Below, in pieces: positions 40,723 to 51,147 of a stretch of 64,000 bases of DNA. Made by a program: the position numbers and the translations under genes. Below the pieces are notes generated by a model, which worked only from the letters and a program-made list of their open reading frames with translations, did not search any database and was not told the DNA's origin. Position 1 is the first letter of the stretch; each line of letters starts with the position of its first letter. Origin of the DNA: Candidatus Omnitrophota bacterium (GTDB lineage: Bacteria; Omnitrophota; Gorgyraeia; Gygaellales; JAHJCI01); NCBI GenBank assembly GCA_043812035.1, contig JBDRMR010000001.1, positions 58-64,057 of the forward strand. The letters run 5' to 3'.

Positions 40723-41814
40723 CTATCGGAAAAATCTTGACCACCATTCGGAAACCCTGGTAAATACTTCGTATCTTAATAAATCGTTATAAAATACGAA
40801 AATCGTCAACAGTAATATTAAGCTGTATCCGACCTTAATTATCATCGTCTCCGTCCGGCTGCTTAAGCGCCGCCCCCTTATCTTCTCGATAAGAAGAAAC
40901 AGAAGGTTGCCGCCGTCCAGGACCGGCAGGGGCAGCAAATTGAAAATCGCCAGAGCCATGCTGATGAGCGCGGTAACGTTGATGAGGGGCACAATGCCCA
41001 AATAAGCTGCTTCCTTAGTGATAAAAAACACGCCCAGCGGGCCTGTTATTGATTGACGAAACGAAACCCTGCCCAGAATAATCCAAACCAAAGACTTAAG
41101 GGTAAGCCAGGTAAAATATAACAACCTCCCTCCCGCCTGAAAAAAAGATTTAATGGGGCCGTATCTTATTCTGGTAATTTCGCCCTCCGGCTCAATCCCG
41201 ATTATGCCGATGGTCTTTTTTTCTCCCCATATGGTATCTATTTCCTTTTGTTTTATCCTCACGGGAATGCTCAACTCTTTATTGCCGCGCAGGACCGAAA
41301 TTGTAACCGTCTGGTCTTCGCTGCCCTTCTGGACAATCTCCTGCAATTCTTCCCAGATTTCTACTTTCTGCCCGTCTACCGCAATAATATTATCTTGCGC
41401 CTGCATACCCGCCTCCTCTGCGCCGTAATTTTCCATTACCTTGCCGACGCGGCAGGTTAAAGCGGGAAAACCCCAGAGGAAAATAAACCAGAAACAGATA
41501 AACGCTAAGACATAATTAAATAACGGTCCGAAGAAAATTATCCTCGCCCTCTGCCCTACGGCCTTAGCGAGATATTCGTCGGGCTGAAATTTGGATTCTT
41601 CGGGATTACCTTCCGCCAACTTTACATAAGCGCCCACGGGGAAGGCGCAGAGCATATACTCTGTTCCGCCCTTTTTCAAACCGATAACCTTGGGTCCGAA
41701 ACCCACCGAAAATTGCTCGACCCTTACACCCGCTTTTTTAGCGGCAATAAAATGGCCGAATTCGTGCACGATGACTATCGCGCTGAATACTGCAATAAAG
41801 ATAAGTATTGACAT
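40723..41814 (-). CDS. rseP: RIP metalloprotease RseP
   Basis: HEFGH motif, PDZ domain and NLLPLPVLDGG. Confidence 0.95.
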   Translation of the reverse strand: MSILIFIAVFSAIVIVHEFGHFIAAKKAGVRVEQFSVGFGPKVIGLKKGGTEYMLCAFPVGAYVKLAEGNPEESKFQPDEYLAKAVGQRARIIFFGPLFNYVLAFICFWFIFLWGFPALTCRVGKVMENYGAEEAGMQAQDNIIAVDGQKVEIWEELQEIVQKGSEDQTVTISVLRGNKELSIPVRIKQKEIDTIWGEKKTIGIIGIEPEGEITRIRYGPIKSFFQAGGRLLYFTWLTLKSLVWIILGRVSFRQSITGPLGVFFITKEAAYLGIVPLINVTALISMALAIFNLLPLPVLDGGNLLFLLIEKIRGRRLSSRTETMIIKVGYSLILLLTIFVFYNDLLRYEVFTRVSEWWSRFFR

Positions 41815-41832
41815 AGTTAATTGACCTTTTTT

Positions 41833-41879
41833 TCAAGAAAAATCTGCCCTCGCCAGAGACTTTAGCAGATTTTTCTTGA
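41833..41879. repeat. 15-bp perfect inverted repeat encoding the dxr C-terminus and stop
   Basis: TCAAGAAAAATCTGC (41833-41847) / GCAGATTTTTCTTGA (41865-41879). Confidence 0.8.
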
Positions 41880-43035
41880 CTCCCTCATTTATTCCCAATA
41901 ATTTTTTTGCCTCGGTTCTCGCCCACGCGTCTACGGCTAAAATCTCCTTCAGGCTCGGCTTATCTATCTTTTTATGACGGCCCGTTATCCGCGCAACTGT
42001 TTTAGGTATATCGGTAAACTGTATCCTTCTCTCTAAAAATGCGCCCACGGCGACTTCGTCAGCGGCATTCAATACGCAAGGCATTGAACCTCCCTCCCGG
42101 GCAGCATCGATCGCCAATCTCAAGCAAGGGAATCTCCTTAAATTCGGCTTCTGAAAATTTATATTCCTGAGTTTGAAAAAATCCAGGGGCTTAAGCTTGT
42201 TTGTAAAACGCTGCGGATAGGTAAGCGCATATTGAATAGGTATGCGCATATCGGCAATGGAAAGCTGCGCCAAAATCGTTCCGTCGATAAATTCAACCAT
42301 GGAATGAACTACGGCCTCGGGCTGAATTACCACCTCTATCCGGGATAAATCCACGTCAAACAGCCACATTGCCTCGATAATCTCTAACCCTTTATTCATC
42401 AGGGTTGCCGAATCAACGGTAATCCTCCTGCCCATATTCCAACGCGGATGACGCAGCACATCGCTGATGCTTATGCTTTTAAGCTGCTCGGAGTTATAAT
42501 TTTTAAACGGCCCGCCGGAAGCGGTAAGATAAACCCGCCTCAACTGCTTTTTGTCACTGTTCTCTAAGCATTGCCATATCGCCGACTGCTCGCTGTCCAC
42601 GGGCAGGATCCCGACGCCGTTCCTTGCAGCCAAGGGCATAATTATCGAACCGGCCATAACCAGAGCTTCTTTATTCGCCAAGATAACGGTCTTTTTCATA
42701 GAAACCGCCTTAAACAGCGGCATAAGCGCCTCAGCGCCCGAAACCGCCAAAACCACGGCATCGGCGCGGCTTTTTTGAATTAAATCCTGAAGTCCCCCGC
42801 GGCCGCTCAAAAGCCTGCAAGAGGCAGGCAAACTCGCCCTTGCCCTCTTCGCACAAAACTCATCCACCAGGCAAATCCATCCGGGTTTAAATTGCCTCGC
42901 TTGTTTTAATAAAGTAGTTGCGTTCGAATAGGCGCTCAGGCCGACAACTCTGAATTTATCGCCTAAAGACGCAATTACCCTCAGGGTATTCTGGCCGACG
43001 GAGCCAGTTGAACCCAATATCGCAATACGCTTCAT
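41833..43035 (-). CDS. dxr: 1-deoxy-D-xylulose-5-phosphate reductoisomerase
   Basis: ILGSTGSVG, LANKE, PVDSE, LTASGGPF and DSATLMNKGLE motifs. Confidence 0.97.
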   Translation of the reverse strand: MKRIAILGSTGSVGQNTLRVIASLGDKFRVVGLSAYSNATTLLKQARQFKPGWICLVDEFCAKRARASLPASCRLLSGRGGLQDLIQKSRADAVVLAVSGAEALMPLFKAVSMKKTVILANKEALVMAGSIIMPLAARNGVGILPVDSEQSAIWQCLENSDKKQLRRVYLTASGGPFKNYNSEQLKSISISDVLRHPRWNMGRRITVDSATLMNKGLEIIEAMWLFDVDLSRIEVVIQPEAVVHSMVEFIDGTILAQLSIADMRIPIQYALTYPQRFTNKLKPLDFFKLRNINFQKPNLRRFPCLRLAIDAAREGGSMPCVLNAADEVAVGAFLERRIQFTDIPKTVARITGRHKKIDKPSLKEILAVDAWARTEAKKLLGINEGVKKNLLKSLARADFS

Positions 43036-43042
43036 ATTCGGA

Positions 43043-43843
43043 TTAGGTGCCAAAATGCAGAACCCAAAAATAAAATACAGGAGCCGTAAATAAAAGGCTG
43101 TCTACGCAGTCCAAGGCCCCTCCCAGGCCGGGGAAAATATTTCCCGAGTCCTTAATCCCGCAGTCACGCTTCATCAGGGACTCGGACAAATCCCCGAGTT
43201 GACCCAACACGCCCAAGAAGAGACCGAGAATAAAAAGATGGGGATAAGAAAAATAAGGGGGCATGAAAATCTTGCCGGCCAAAGCCGCTAAAACGCTGAA
43301 AAGCAACCCGCCCAGAAAGCCTTCTCTGGTCTTGTTGGGGCTGATGCGCGATATCAGCGTATGACGGCCAAATCGGCTGCCGATAAGATAAGCTCCTATG
43401 TCGCCAACCTTGGTAATCAAAATCACGGTCGCCAACAGGCCTACTCCGTAACTCAAATATCTTACCTTAATTAAGAAACTCATAAACCAGGCTATATAAA
43501 ATACTCCGAATATAGTAGTGGAGAGGCTGATAATAACTCCGCTGTTTTCGTAGCGTTTGAATTGAATCAACATAAGAGACAAAAGCGCCAGGGTAATAAA
43601 CAAGAGCTCCCAGCCGCGGGTAATTTCGAAGCGGATACTAACCGACAGCAAAACTGTCAAACCGACGACTATGCCAAAATATTTAAAAATTTCGATGTCT
43701 TTTTTCTCAATCATCGTGAAGAATTCGTATAAGGCAAGGAGAGAGAAAGCGATTATTACAAAATTCGTCAGCCAGTTAACAGCTATAGAGACCCCCACGA
43801 GCAAAATCAGGATAAGCGAACTCGACAGCCGTTTTGCTATCAT
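43043..43843 (-). CDS. cdsA: phosphatidate cytidylyltransferase
   Basis: ISPNKT.EG and GDLSESLMKR..GIKDSG..PG.GG.LD motifs. Confidence 0.94.
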   Translation of the reverse strand: MIAKRLSSSLILILLVGVSIAVNWLTNFVIIAFSLLALYEFFTMIEKKDIEIFKYFGIVVGLTVLLSVSIRFEITRGWELLFITLALLSLMLIQFKRYENSGVIISLSTTIFGVFYIAWFMSFLIKVRYLSYGVGLLATVILITKVGDIGAYLIGSRFGRHTLISRISPNKTREGFLGGLLFSVLAALAGKIFMPPYFSYPHLFILGLFLGVLGQLGDLSESLMKRDCGIKDSGNIFPGLGGALDCVDSLLFTAPVFYFWVLHFGT

Positions 43844-44550
43844 ACCTCACCGAACCTTCTTTGCCTTTTTTGATAATCGCCGATAGCTTTGACTAAATCG
43901 TCTTTGGTAAAGTCCGGCCAATATTTTTCCGTAAAATAAAATTCCGTATAAGCTAATTCCCATAGTAGAAAATTGCTTATTCGTAATTCGCCGCTCGTCC
44001 TGATGAGAAGGTCGGGCTCGGGCAGGCTGGGATCGTAAAGAAAATCCGAAAATAGTTTCTCGTCCAGCTGAGACGGCTTGTATTTACCCGAACACGCCGA
44101 TTGCGCAAATCGCTTCGCCGCATCGACTATTTCAGCCCGGCCGCCATAGTTTAAAGCCAGGACAACGGTTAATCCGGTATTGGCCGCCGTTAGCTTCTGC
44201 GCCTCTCTAATTTTACTGATTATTTCCGGCAGCAGGGGTTCACTCCGGCCGATAACCCGAAAACGGAAATTATTTTTATGCAGCTCTCCGATTTCTTTGT
44301 TCAAAAAATTAGAAAACGCCCGCATAAGCATATTGACCTCGCTGCCGGGCCTCTGCCAATTCTCCGTAGAAAACGCAAATATCGTTATTATCTTAATGCC
44401 TAACTCGGATGCGTTCTTTACTATCTCTCTGATTCTCTTAATGCCGGCGTGGTGCCCGATGCTGCGGGCAAGTCCTCGCCGTCTCGCCCAGCGCCCGTTT
44501 CCGTCCATTATTATGGCTACATGTTTTGGAATGTTATTCTTATCTAGCAT
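43840..44550 (-). CDS. uppS: undecaprenyl diphosphate synthase
   Basis: HVAIIMDGNGRWA, FSTENW.R and IRTSGE.RISNFLLW motifs. Confidence 0.97.
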   Translation of the reverse strand: MLDKNNIPKHVAIIMDGNGRWARRRGLARSIGHHAGIKRIREIVKNASELGIKIITIFAFSTENWQRPGSEVNMLMRAFSNFLNKEIGELHKNNFRFRVIGRSEPLLPEIISKIREAQKLTAANTGLTVVLALNYGGRAEIVDAAKRFAQSACSGKYKPSQLDEKLFSDFLYDPSLPEPDLLIRTSGELRISNFLLWELAYTEFYFTEKYWPDFTKDDLVKAIGDYQKRQRRFGEV

Positions 44551-44594
44551 GTTAATCCTTAATCTTAATCGATATATCGTTTTGATGTTTAAGT

Positions 44595-46172
44595 TTACTG
44601 ATGCACCCGATAATCTATTTCCGGAAAAATATTGTCCTTGTATTCGATGTCCGAGAGCCAGGTCTCGTCGATAGAATCGGATTTAATCCCCTCGTACAGG
44701 CGCATAAATCTGAGCAAATGCTCTTTGGTTCTGCGCACGGCATAATCGGTATGGGTGCCGGTTGCCATAATAAAGGCCCAATCCGAACTTTGAGCGAGAA
44801 GCAACTCCCGCAAAAGTTGATTGAGGGCCCTGCGCAAAATCCCTTGCGCGTCGGGAAACCTGTTAACCATCTCGGTCATCCGATTGGAGGCTTCGTGCAG
44901 GTGGCGATATATCCAATCGTTTGAACCCTGCAGCCAGACTTCGCTGTAACCCTTCCAGCCCCAGCTGGACATCGAGGGAATAATAACCTGATTGCGCGGA
45001 TTCTGGGCAAGATACTCAGAGGGAGTTATCATTCTGATCGCCTTCTGGTCAAAATAGAGTTTGCGAATCAGAAAATCGAACCACAGCGGCCCTTCAAACC
45101 ACCAATGCCCGAACAGTTCCGCATCATAAGGAGAAACAATAATCGGCTTCTTGCCCATAATCCCGTAAAGATACTCTATTTGTCTGCACCGGTTGAACAT
45201 GAAATTTCCGGCGTGCTCCGCGGCTTTATCCCGAGCCCCCTGGGGAAGATAAGGCTGCTTGTCATTGTTCGTTCCGGTTATGCGGTAATATTTTATGCCG
45301 GTATTTATCCGGTGCCCGTCGGGATGTATATAAGCTTTTATGTAATCGTAGTCCAGGTCAAAACCGATATCACGGTAGAATTCTCGGTAGTAATAATCGC
45401 CGGGGTATCCTTCAACAGATGACCAGACCTGCTTTGAAGATTCCAGGTCCCTGCCGAAGCAGGCGACTCCGGATTTGCAGTAAACCGGAGCAAATACGCC
45501 GTATTTAGGGCGCGGCGTGCCGTGCAGGACGCCGTGCGCGTCAACAAAAAAGTACTTAAGCCCGGCCTCCTTAAGAATTTCGTCATCACCGGGATTATAT
45601 CCGCATTCCGGCAGCCAAATTCCCCTGGGCTTGCGCCCGAAAACCTGAGCGTAATGATTCGCGGCAACCTTAACCTGTGCCCGCAGCGAAGCTTTTATTG
45701 TTTCCATTAAAGGGAAAAAACCGTGGGTTGCGCCGCAGGTAATAATTTCCAGATTCCCCGTTTCCTGAAAATTCTTGAAAGCGAGAGATAAATTTCTCTG
45801 ATAACGCTCAAAAGTCTCTCTTGCTTTTAGAAAATGGCCTAGATACATATGAGCCAGCGAGTTGAACTCCGGTTGCCAGCGGGTGCGCTCCGTTTCCTTT
45901 TGAGCAAGCTCAATCAGTTTATTTATATGTTTTATGTATCTTTCCTGAAGCAGGCTATCGGCAAACATACTTAACAGGGTGGGGCTTAATGACAAGGTCA
46001 GGCGGAAGTCCACCTTATCCCTCAGCAGGCCCTCAAAAACCAAGATTAGAGGAATATAAGTTTCCGTAACCGCCTCGTAGAACCAATCCTCTTCAAGGAA
46101 ATCATCGTATTCGGGATGCCGAACAAAAGGCAAATGCCCGTGCAGCACTAAACATAAATATCCCTTATTCAT
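44595..46172 (-). CDS. GH57 1,4-alpha-glucan branching enzyme (DUF1957)
   Basis: HGHLPFV, ETYIPL, WLPEC, YDAELFGHWWFEG and QSSDWAFI motifs. Confidence 0.92.
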   Translation of the reverse strand: MNKGYLCLVLHGHLPFVRHPEYDDFLEEDWFYEAVTETYIPLILVFEGLLRDKVDFRLTLSLSPTLLSMFADSLLQERYIKHINKLIELAQKETERTRWQPEFNSLAHMYLGHFLKARETFERYQRNLSLAFKNFQETGNLEIITCGATHGFFPLMETIKASLRAQVKVAANHYAQVFGRKPRGIWLPECGYNPGDDEILKEAGLKYFFVDAHGVLHGTPRPKYGVFAPVYCKSGVACFGRDLESSKQVWSSVEGYPGDYYYREFYRDIGFDLDYDYIKAYIHPDGHRINTGIKYYRITGTNNDKQPYLPQGARDKAAEHAGNFMFNRCRQIEYLYGIMGKKPIIVSPYDAELFGHWWFEGPLWFDFLIRKLYFDQKAIRMITPSEYLAQNPRNQVIIPSMSSWGWKGYSEVWLQGSNDWIYRHLHEASNRMTEMVNRFPDAQGILRRALNQLLRELLLAQSSDWAFIMATGTHTDYAVRRTKEHLLRFMRLYEGIKSDSIDETWLSDIEYKDNIFPEIDYRVHQ

Positions 46173-46176
46173 AGTT

Positions 46177-46253
46177 TTAGCGTTTAGCGGACAGCGTATA
46201 GCGGATAGTGCGTTTCGATTTTCTATACGCTAACCGCTATACGCTCTACGCTA
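46177..46253. repeat. heptamer inverted-arm element E
   Basis: TTAGCGT TTAGCGG ACAGCGT ATAGCGG / CTATACG CTAACCG CTATACG CTCTACG CTA. Confidence 0.92.
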
Positions 46254-46257
46254 TTTT

Positions 46258-47280
46258 TTATCTGGTTTCCTTTGTCACAATGGGAGTAATGCTTCTTTCT
46301 TGCTCGCCGTCCGAGGAGGTCGCTACAACTGGTATGACTTGTTTTCCATCGGGAAGGAAAAAGCGTAAACTGAAACTTCCGTCCGGCCTCAGGCTTACCG
46401 GCTGGCCGCCGACCGTCACCTTGGCGTCGGACTCGGTCTGACCGTAAACAATTAACTCCGTATTGACCATCAGCCAGAACCCTTTCGCCCTTTCTCTTTT
46501 TCTCACCGGGCTGGCTATTGAAGATACGGCTCCGGAAGCAAATTCCCTTTTTAATCTTTCCTTCCATAATTCTTTTAATTTAAGAGGAGAGCTACCCATT
46601 CCTACGCCCATCCCATAGAGCTTGGCGAACATTTCCTCGGGAATCATCCACTCTTCGTCGGTAATCCATGACGGGCCGTCAAGCGGCGTTGAAACCGTGT
46701 TAGAGCGGACTATGGTTATAAACCTCCCGTCGTTAAGAAACAGTCCCAAATCCACGCACCAGGAGCGACCCGCCCCCTGAGTGTCAATGTACCAGTTATT
46801 CGCTCCGGGGGTAATCTCGATATCGAAACAGCGGTGAGCGTTGCTTCCGTTAAAGATTATCTGGCTTATGTCGTATACCCGTAAAATCTTCTTAAAACCT
46901 CCGGAAACGATGGAAGGGAATTTTTGCTTCAGCCTCTCCCAGGTAGTTTCGGCAACATCCCAGTAAGCGTGAATCCACCACGGGTCGCGCACCTGAAGAA
47001 CAATCCTATCGCGGCTGTACTGCGCCGGCAGCTCGCGAGGCTCCGGATAAACCTTTTTTGCTTCCTCTACTTTTGGCGGAGTATAAAACTTAGATTCGCC
47101 GACGGCAACCTCAATCGGCACCTTCTTTTCGGGAGCTCCTGTCTTTGCAAAAACAGGCTTACGCCTGGTTGCTCTGGATGGCTTTATTCTTGTAACCTCG
47201 GCGTGAATCTTTCTGCTCTTCGACCCTTGGCTCATAACCTTTTTTATTCCTTCTTTGACTCTATGTAAAATTTTTCTCAT
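46258..47280 (-). CDS. DUF4912 domain protein (GH57 partner)
   Basis: ELP..Y..DRIVLQVRDPWWIHAYW, RSNTVSTP and ELIVYG.TE motifs; upstream of GH57. Confidence 0.82.
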   Translation of the reverse strand: MRKILHRVKEGIKKVMSQGSKSRKIHAEVTRIKPSRATRRKPVFAKTGAPEKKVPIEVAVGESKFYTPPKVEEAKKVYPEPRELPAQYSRDRIVLQVRDPWWIHAYWDVAETTWERLKQKFPSIVSGGFKKILRVYDISQIIFNGSNAHRCFDIEITPGANNWYIDTQGAGRSWCVDLGLFLNDGRFITIVRSNTVSTPLDGPSWITDEEWMIPEEMFAKLYGMGVGMGSSPLKLKELWKERLKREFASGAVSSIASPVRKRERAKGFWLMVNTELIVYGQTESDAKVTVGGQPVSLRPDGSFSLRFFLPDGKQVIPVVATSSDGEQERSITPIVTKETR

Positions 47281-47621
47281 TCGGCACCTCCTTCTTCCGG
47301 TTCTTCCTTTAATTTAGCGGCTCTGTTAAGCTCTTCCTGCAACTGCGCTACTTGCCGATTAAGCTCTCTTTGATTCTCTTGGCAAACAGTTTCCTGTCGG
47401 TTGAGCTTTCCCTCTAATTGACTCACCTTTTGTTCTAATTCGGAATTCCGGCCGGATAAGGTAAGCATTTCCTCTTCCAGCTCCATCCGCTTCAGTCTCT
47501 CCTGGCCTACCAATCTCTTTTGCTTCGCAGCGTCCCGACAGGAGCTGGCTGTAGCTAATAAAAAAATTGCGGTGAGCAGACTTAGAATTAAAATTAGTTT
47601 ATTTCTCGCCCCTTCTCTCAT
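47277..47621 (-). CDS. membrane-anchored coiled-coil hypothetical protein
   Basis: N-terminal hydrophobic helix followed by heptad-rich E/K/Q/L sequence. Confidence 0.7.
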   Translation of the reverse strand: MREGARNKLILILSLLTAIFLLATASSCRDAAKQKRLVGQERLKRMELEEEMLTLSGRNSELEQKVSQLEGKLNRQETVCQENQRELNRQVAQLQEELNRAAKLKEEPEEGGAE

Positions 47622-47641
47622 AGTTCACCGCTCCCTCGTTT

Positions 47642-48322
47642 TTATTTCAAATTTGCTGCCGGCTCGGAAACCTTAACCTCGGCAGGTTTAACCTCCGAAC
47701 TTTTTACCTCCGGTTCTGCCGCCGCTGCCTTGACTTTGGTGACTTTAGGCAAAATGACAATCTCTACCCGGCGATTAAACTGGCGCCCTTCTTGGGTGTC
47801 GTTGGAAACCATCGGCCGATATTCGCCGTAGCCGATTGCCGATACGCGGTGCGGAGAAATCCCCCTCTCGTCAACGAGATAATGCAGCACGCTTAGCGCT
47901 CGGGCCGTGGATAATTCCCAATTCGATTTCCAGCCCGAATATTTAATCGGTTCGTTGTCGGTGTGCCCCTCGATACCGATGTTGTTCTCCGGAACGTTCT
48001 CGGTTAAAACAGCGGCAACTTTATCCAAGATAGGATATGCCTCAGACCTCAATTTAGCTTTCCCCGAATCAAATAAAACGTCCGCAACGAAAGTAATTAC
48101 TAAGCCTTTCTCCGCCCTTTCCAGGCGAACCTGCTTGTCGGCGATTTCCTGCTTCAATCTCTGCTCAAGCAAACGCCTGGTTTGTCCAAACTCGTCCAAT
48201 TGTTCGGACAACTCCTTGATTTTTTCAATATCAGAGCGCCTTCCCTTTTGGAAAACAAAAGCGCAACCGGAAAGACTTACTATCAGAAAGAAACTCGCCG
48301 CCACGGTCAATATTCTCTTCAT
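47642..48322 (-). CDS. OmpA/MotB-family peptidoglycan-binding lipoprotein
   Basis: Lipobox LSGC; LFDSGKA, IEGHTD, NWELS.ARA and NRRVEI motifs. Confidence 0.88.
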   Translation of the reverse strand: MKRILTVAASFFLIVSLSGCAFVFQKGRRSDIEKIKELSEQLDEFGQTRRLLEQRLKQEIADKQVRLERAEKGLVITFVADVLFDSGKAKLRSEAYPILDKVAAVLTENVPENNIGIEGHTDNEPIKYSGWKSNWELSTARALSVLHYLVDERGISPHRVSAIGYGEYRPMVSNDTQEGRQFNRRVEIVILPKVTKVKAAAAEPEVKSSEVKPAEVKVSEPAANLK

Positions 48323-48422
48323 CCTTTACCTCCTAAAATAAAAAATTTTTTTAAAATCGGCTTTTCTAATATTTGTATTTATTCCACAGGTCTATGTTTT
48401 GAAGACTAATCCGGGATTAATA

Positions 48423-48453
48423 ATTATATATCATATAAAAGGTTATGGGTCAA
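48423..48453 (-). promoter_or_regulatory. putative sigma70 promoter upstream of the OmpA/MotB gene
   Basis: TTGACC-N17-TATATA with TG at the extended -10 position (or N19-TATAAT). Confidence 0.45.
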
Positions 48454-48465
48454 GAAAAATGTAGG

Positions 48466-49893
<1,428 letters not shown>

Positions 49894-49897
49894 TTTT

Positions 49898-51139
49898 TTA
49901 TGTATTCATGGTAAATATCTTTTTCGCGATATCGGGATATCTGGCGATAAATTTTAACTCGTCGTTAACCAGGGGCTTTTGATTATGGACGTTGGCGTAA
50001 CGCACCAATTCCAGAATCTTAACCGCCTCGTCCTCATCCTTGAACTCAACTTCCAATTTTTCAAAGACGTTCCTGAACCCTTTAATTCCGGAATACTCGC
50101 CTGCGGTAATCTTGCGGCCGGTTTCGATTATCTCCGGCTCCCCGCGGCCCAATTCTTCGAAATCGTAAAGCTCGTAATTGCGGCGGTCCTTTAAGGCTCC
50201 GTCGGCGTGAATCCCCGATTCATGAGCAAAGGCATTAGCTCCGACTCCCGGCTGGTTTATCGGTATAGGGACGCCGAACGCATAAGAGGCGTACTGGCAT
50301 ATTTTCCAGGCCATCTTCAGGTTGACCCGCTCATCTAAAGTATATTCCCCTTGTATCCCGCTGGCGTATTTTATCGCCAGAATAACCGCTATTAAGTCGG
50401 CGTTTCCGGCGCGCTCGCCCATTCCGTTAACGCAGGTATTGATGTAAGCATCGACCCCTCCGTCAACCGCTCCCTTTGCGCCCGCAACGGAATTAGCCAC
50501 TACCATGCCCAGGTCGTTATGGCAATGGATCTCTACGGGCAAGCCGACGTTTTGTGCCAGCGATTTTACCCGTTCATAAATCGAGAACGGAGAATCGCAA
50601 CCGAGGGTATCGCAATAACGGATGCGCTCGCCTCCGGCCTTCTTTGCCGCTTTGGCGAATCTTATCAGATAGTCCATATCCGTCCTGGAGGAATCCTCGG
50701 CATTTACCCCGATTGTCTTCGCCCCCAGTTTGCGTGCCAGGCGAACCGCCTGAGTCATCTCCGAAATTACCGATTCGTGGTTCAGTTTGCCTTTAAATTT
50801 GTATTTAATCATCTGGTCCGAAGTAGAAATCGAAAGATTAAGGTGTTTTATTTCGGGAACCAGATTAAAAGCGGCCTCCACGTCCTGAGCGGTCGCGCGC
50901 ATCCAGCCCCCTAAACGGATAGGGCTTAAAACTCCCATTTTAGCCAACTCTAAATTTGCGTTGAGGTAATTTGTCTCATGATAGGTAATCGGAAAACCGA
51001 ATTCCGACTGAAAAACCCCCATCTCGTTAAGATAAATATTAATCATGGTTTTTTCTAACTTTGACAGGCAGATTCGCGAAGTCTGAACTCCGTCGCGATT
51101 GGTCACGTCAATAATGTGAATTTTTGATTTTTTACTCAT
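49898..51139 (-). CDS. homocitrate synthase-like DRE-TIM metallolyase
   Basis: DVTNRDGVQ, HCHNDLG, NGMGERAGN and AFAHESGIH motifs; no LeuA regulatory domain. Confidence 0.8.
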   Translation of the reverse strand: MSKKSKIHIIDVTNRDGVQTSRICLSKLEKTMINIYLNEMGVFQSEFGFPITYHETNYLNANLELAKMGVLSPIRLGGWMRATAQDVEAAFNLVPEIKHLNLSISTSDQMIKYKFKGKLNHESVISEMTQAVRLARKLGAKTIGVNAEDSSRTDMDYLIRFAKAAKKAGGERIRYCDTLGCDSPFSIYERVKSLAQNVGLPVEIHCHNDLGMVVANSVAGAKGAVDGGVDAYINTCVNGMGERAGNADLIAVILAIKYASGIQGEYTLDERVNLKMAWKICQYASYAFGVPIPINQPGVGANAFAHESGIHADGALKDRRNYELYDFEELGRGEPEIIETGRKITAGEYSGIKGFRNVFEKLEVEFKDEDEAVKILELVRYANVHNQKPLVNDELKFIARYPDIAKKIFTMNT

Positions 51140-51147
51140 TTTTCACC

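Noticed and set aside
47665-47715. (xxEVK)3 15-bp repeat in the OmpA/MotB tail
   Set aside because: It is a codon-phase low-complexity tail, common and unrelated to the period-7 elements.
48378-48420. TTATTCCACA DnaA-box-like motif and TAATCCGGGATTA palindrome
   Set aside because: A single imperfect box with no cluster; too short to support an origin or operator.
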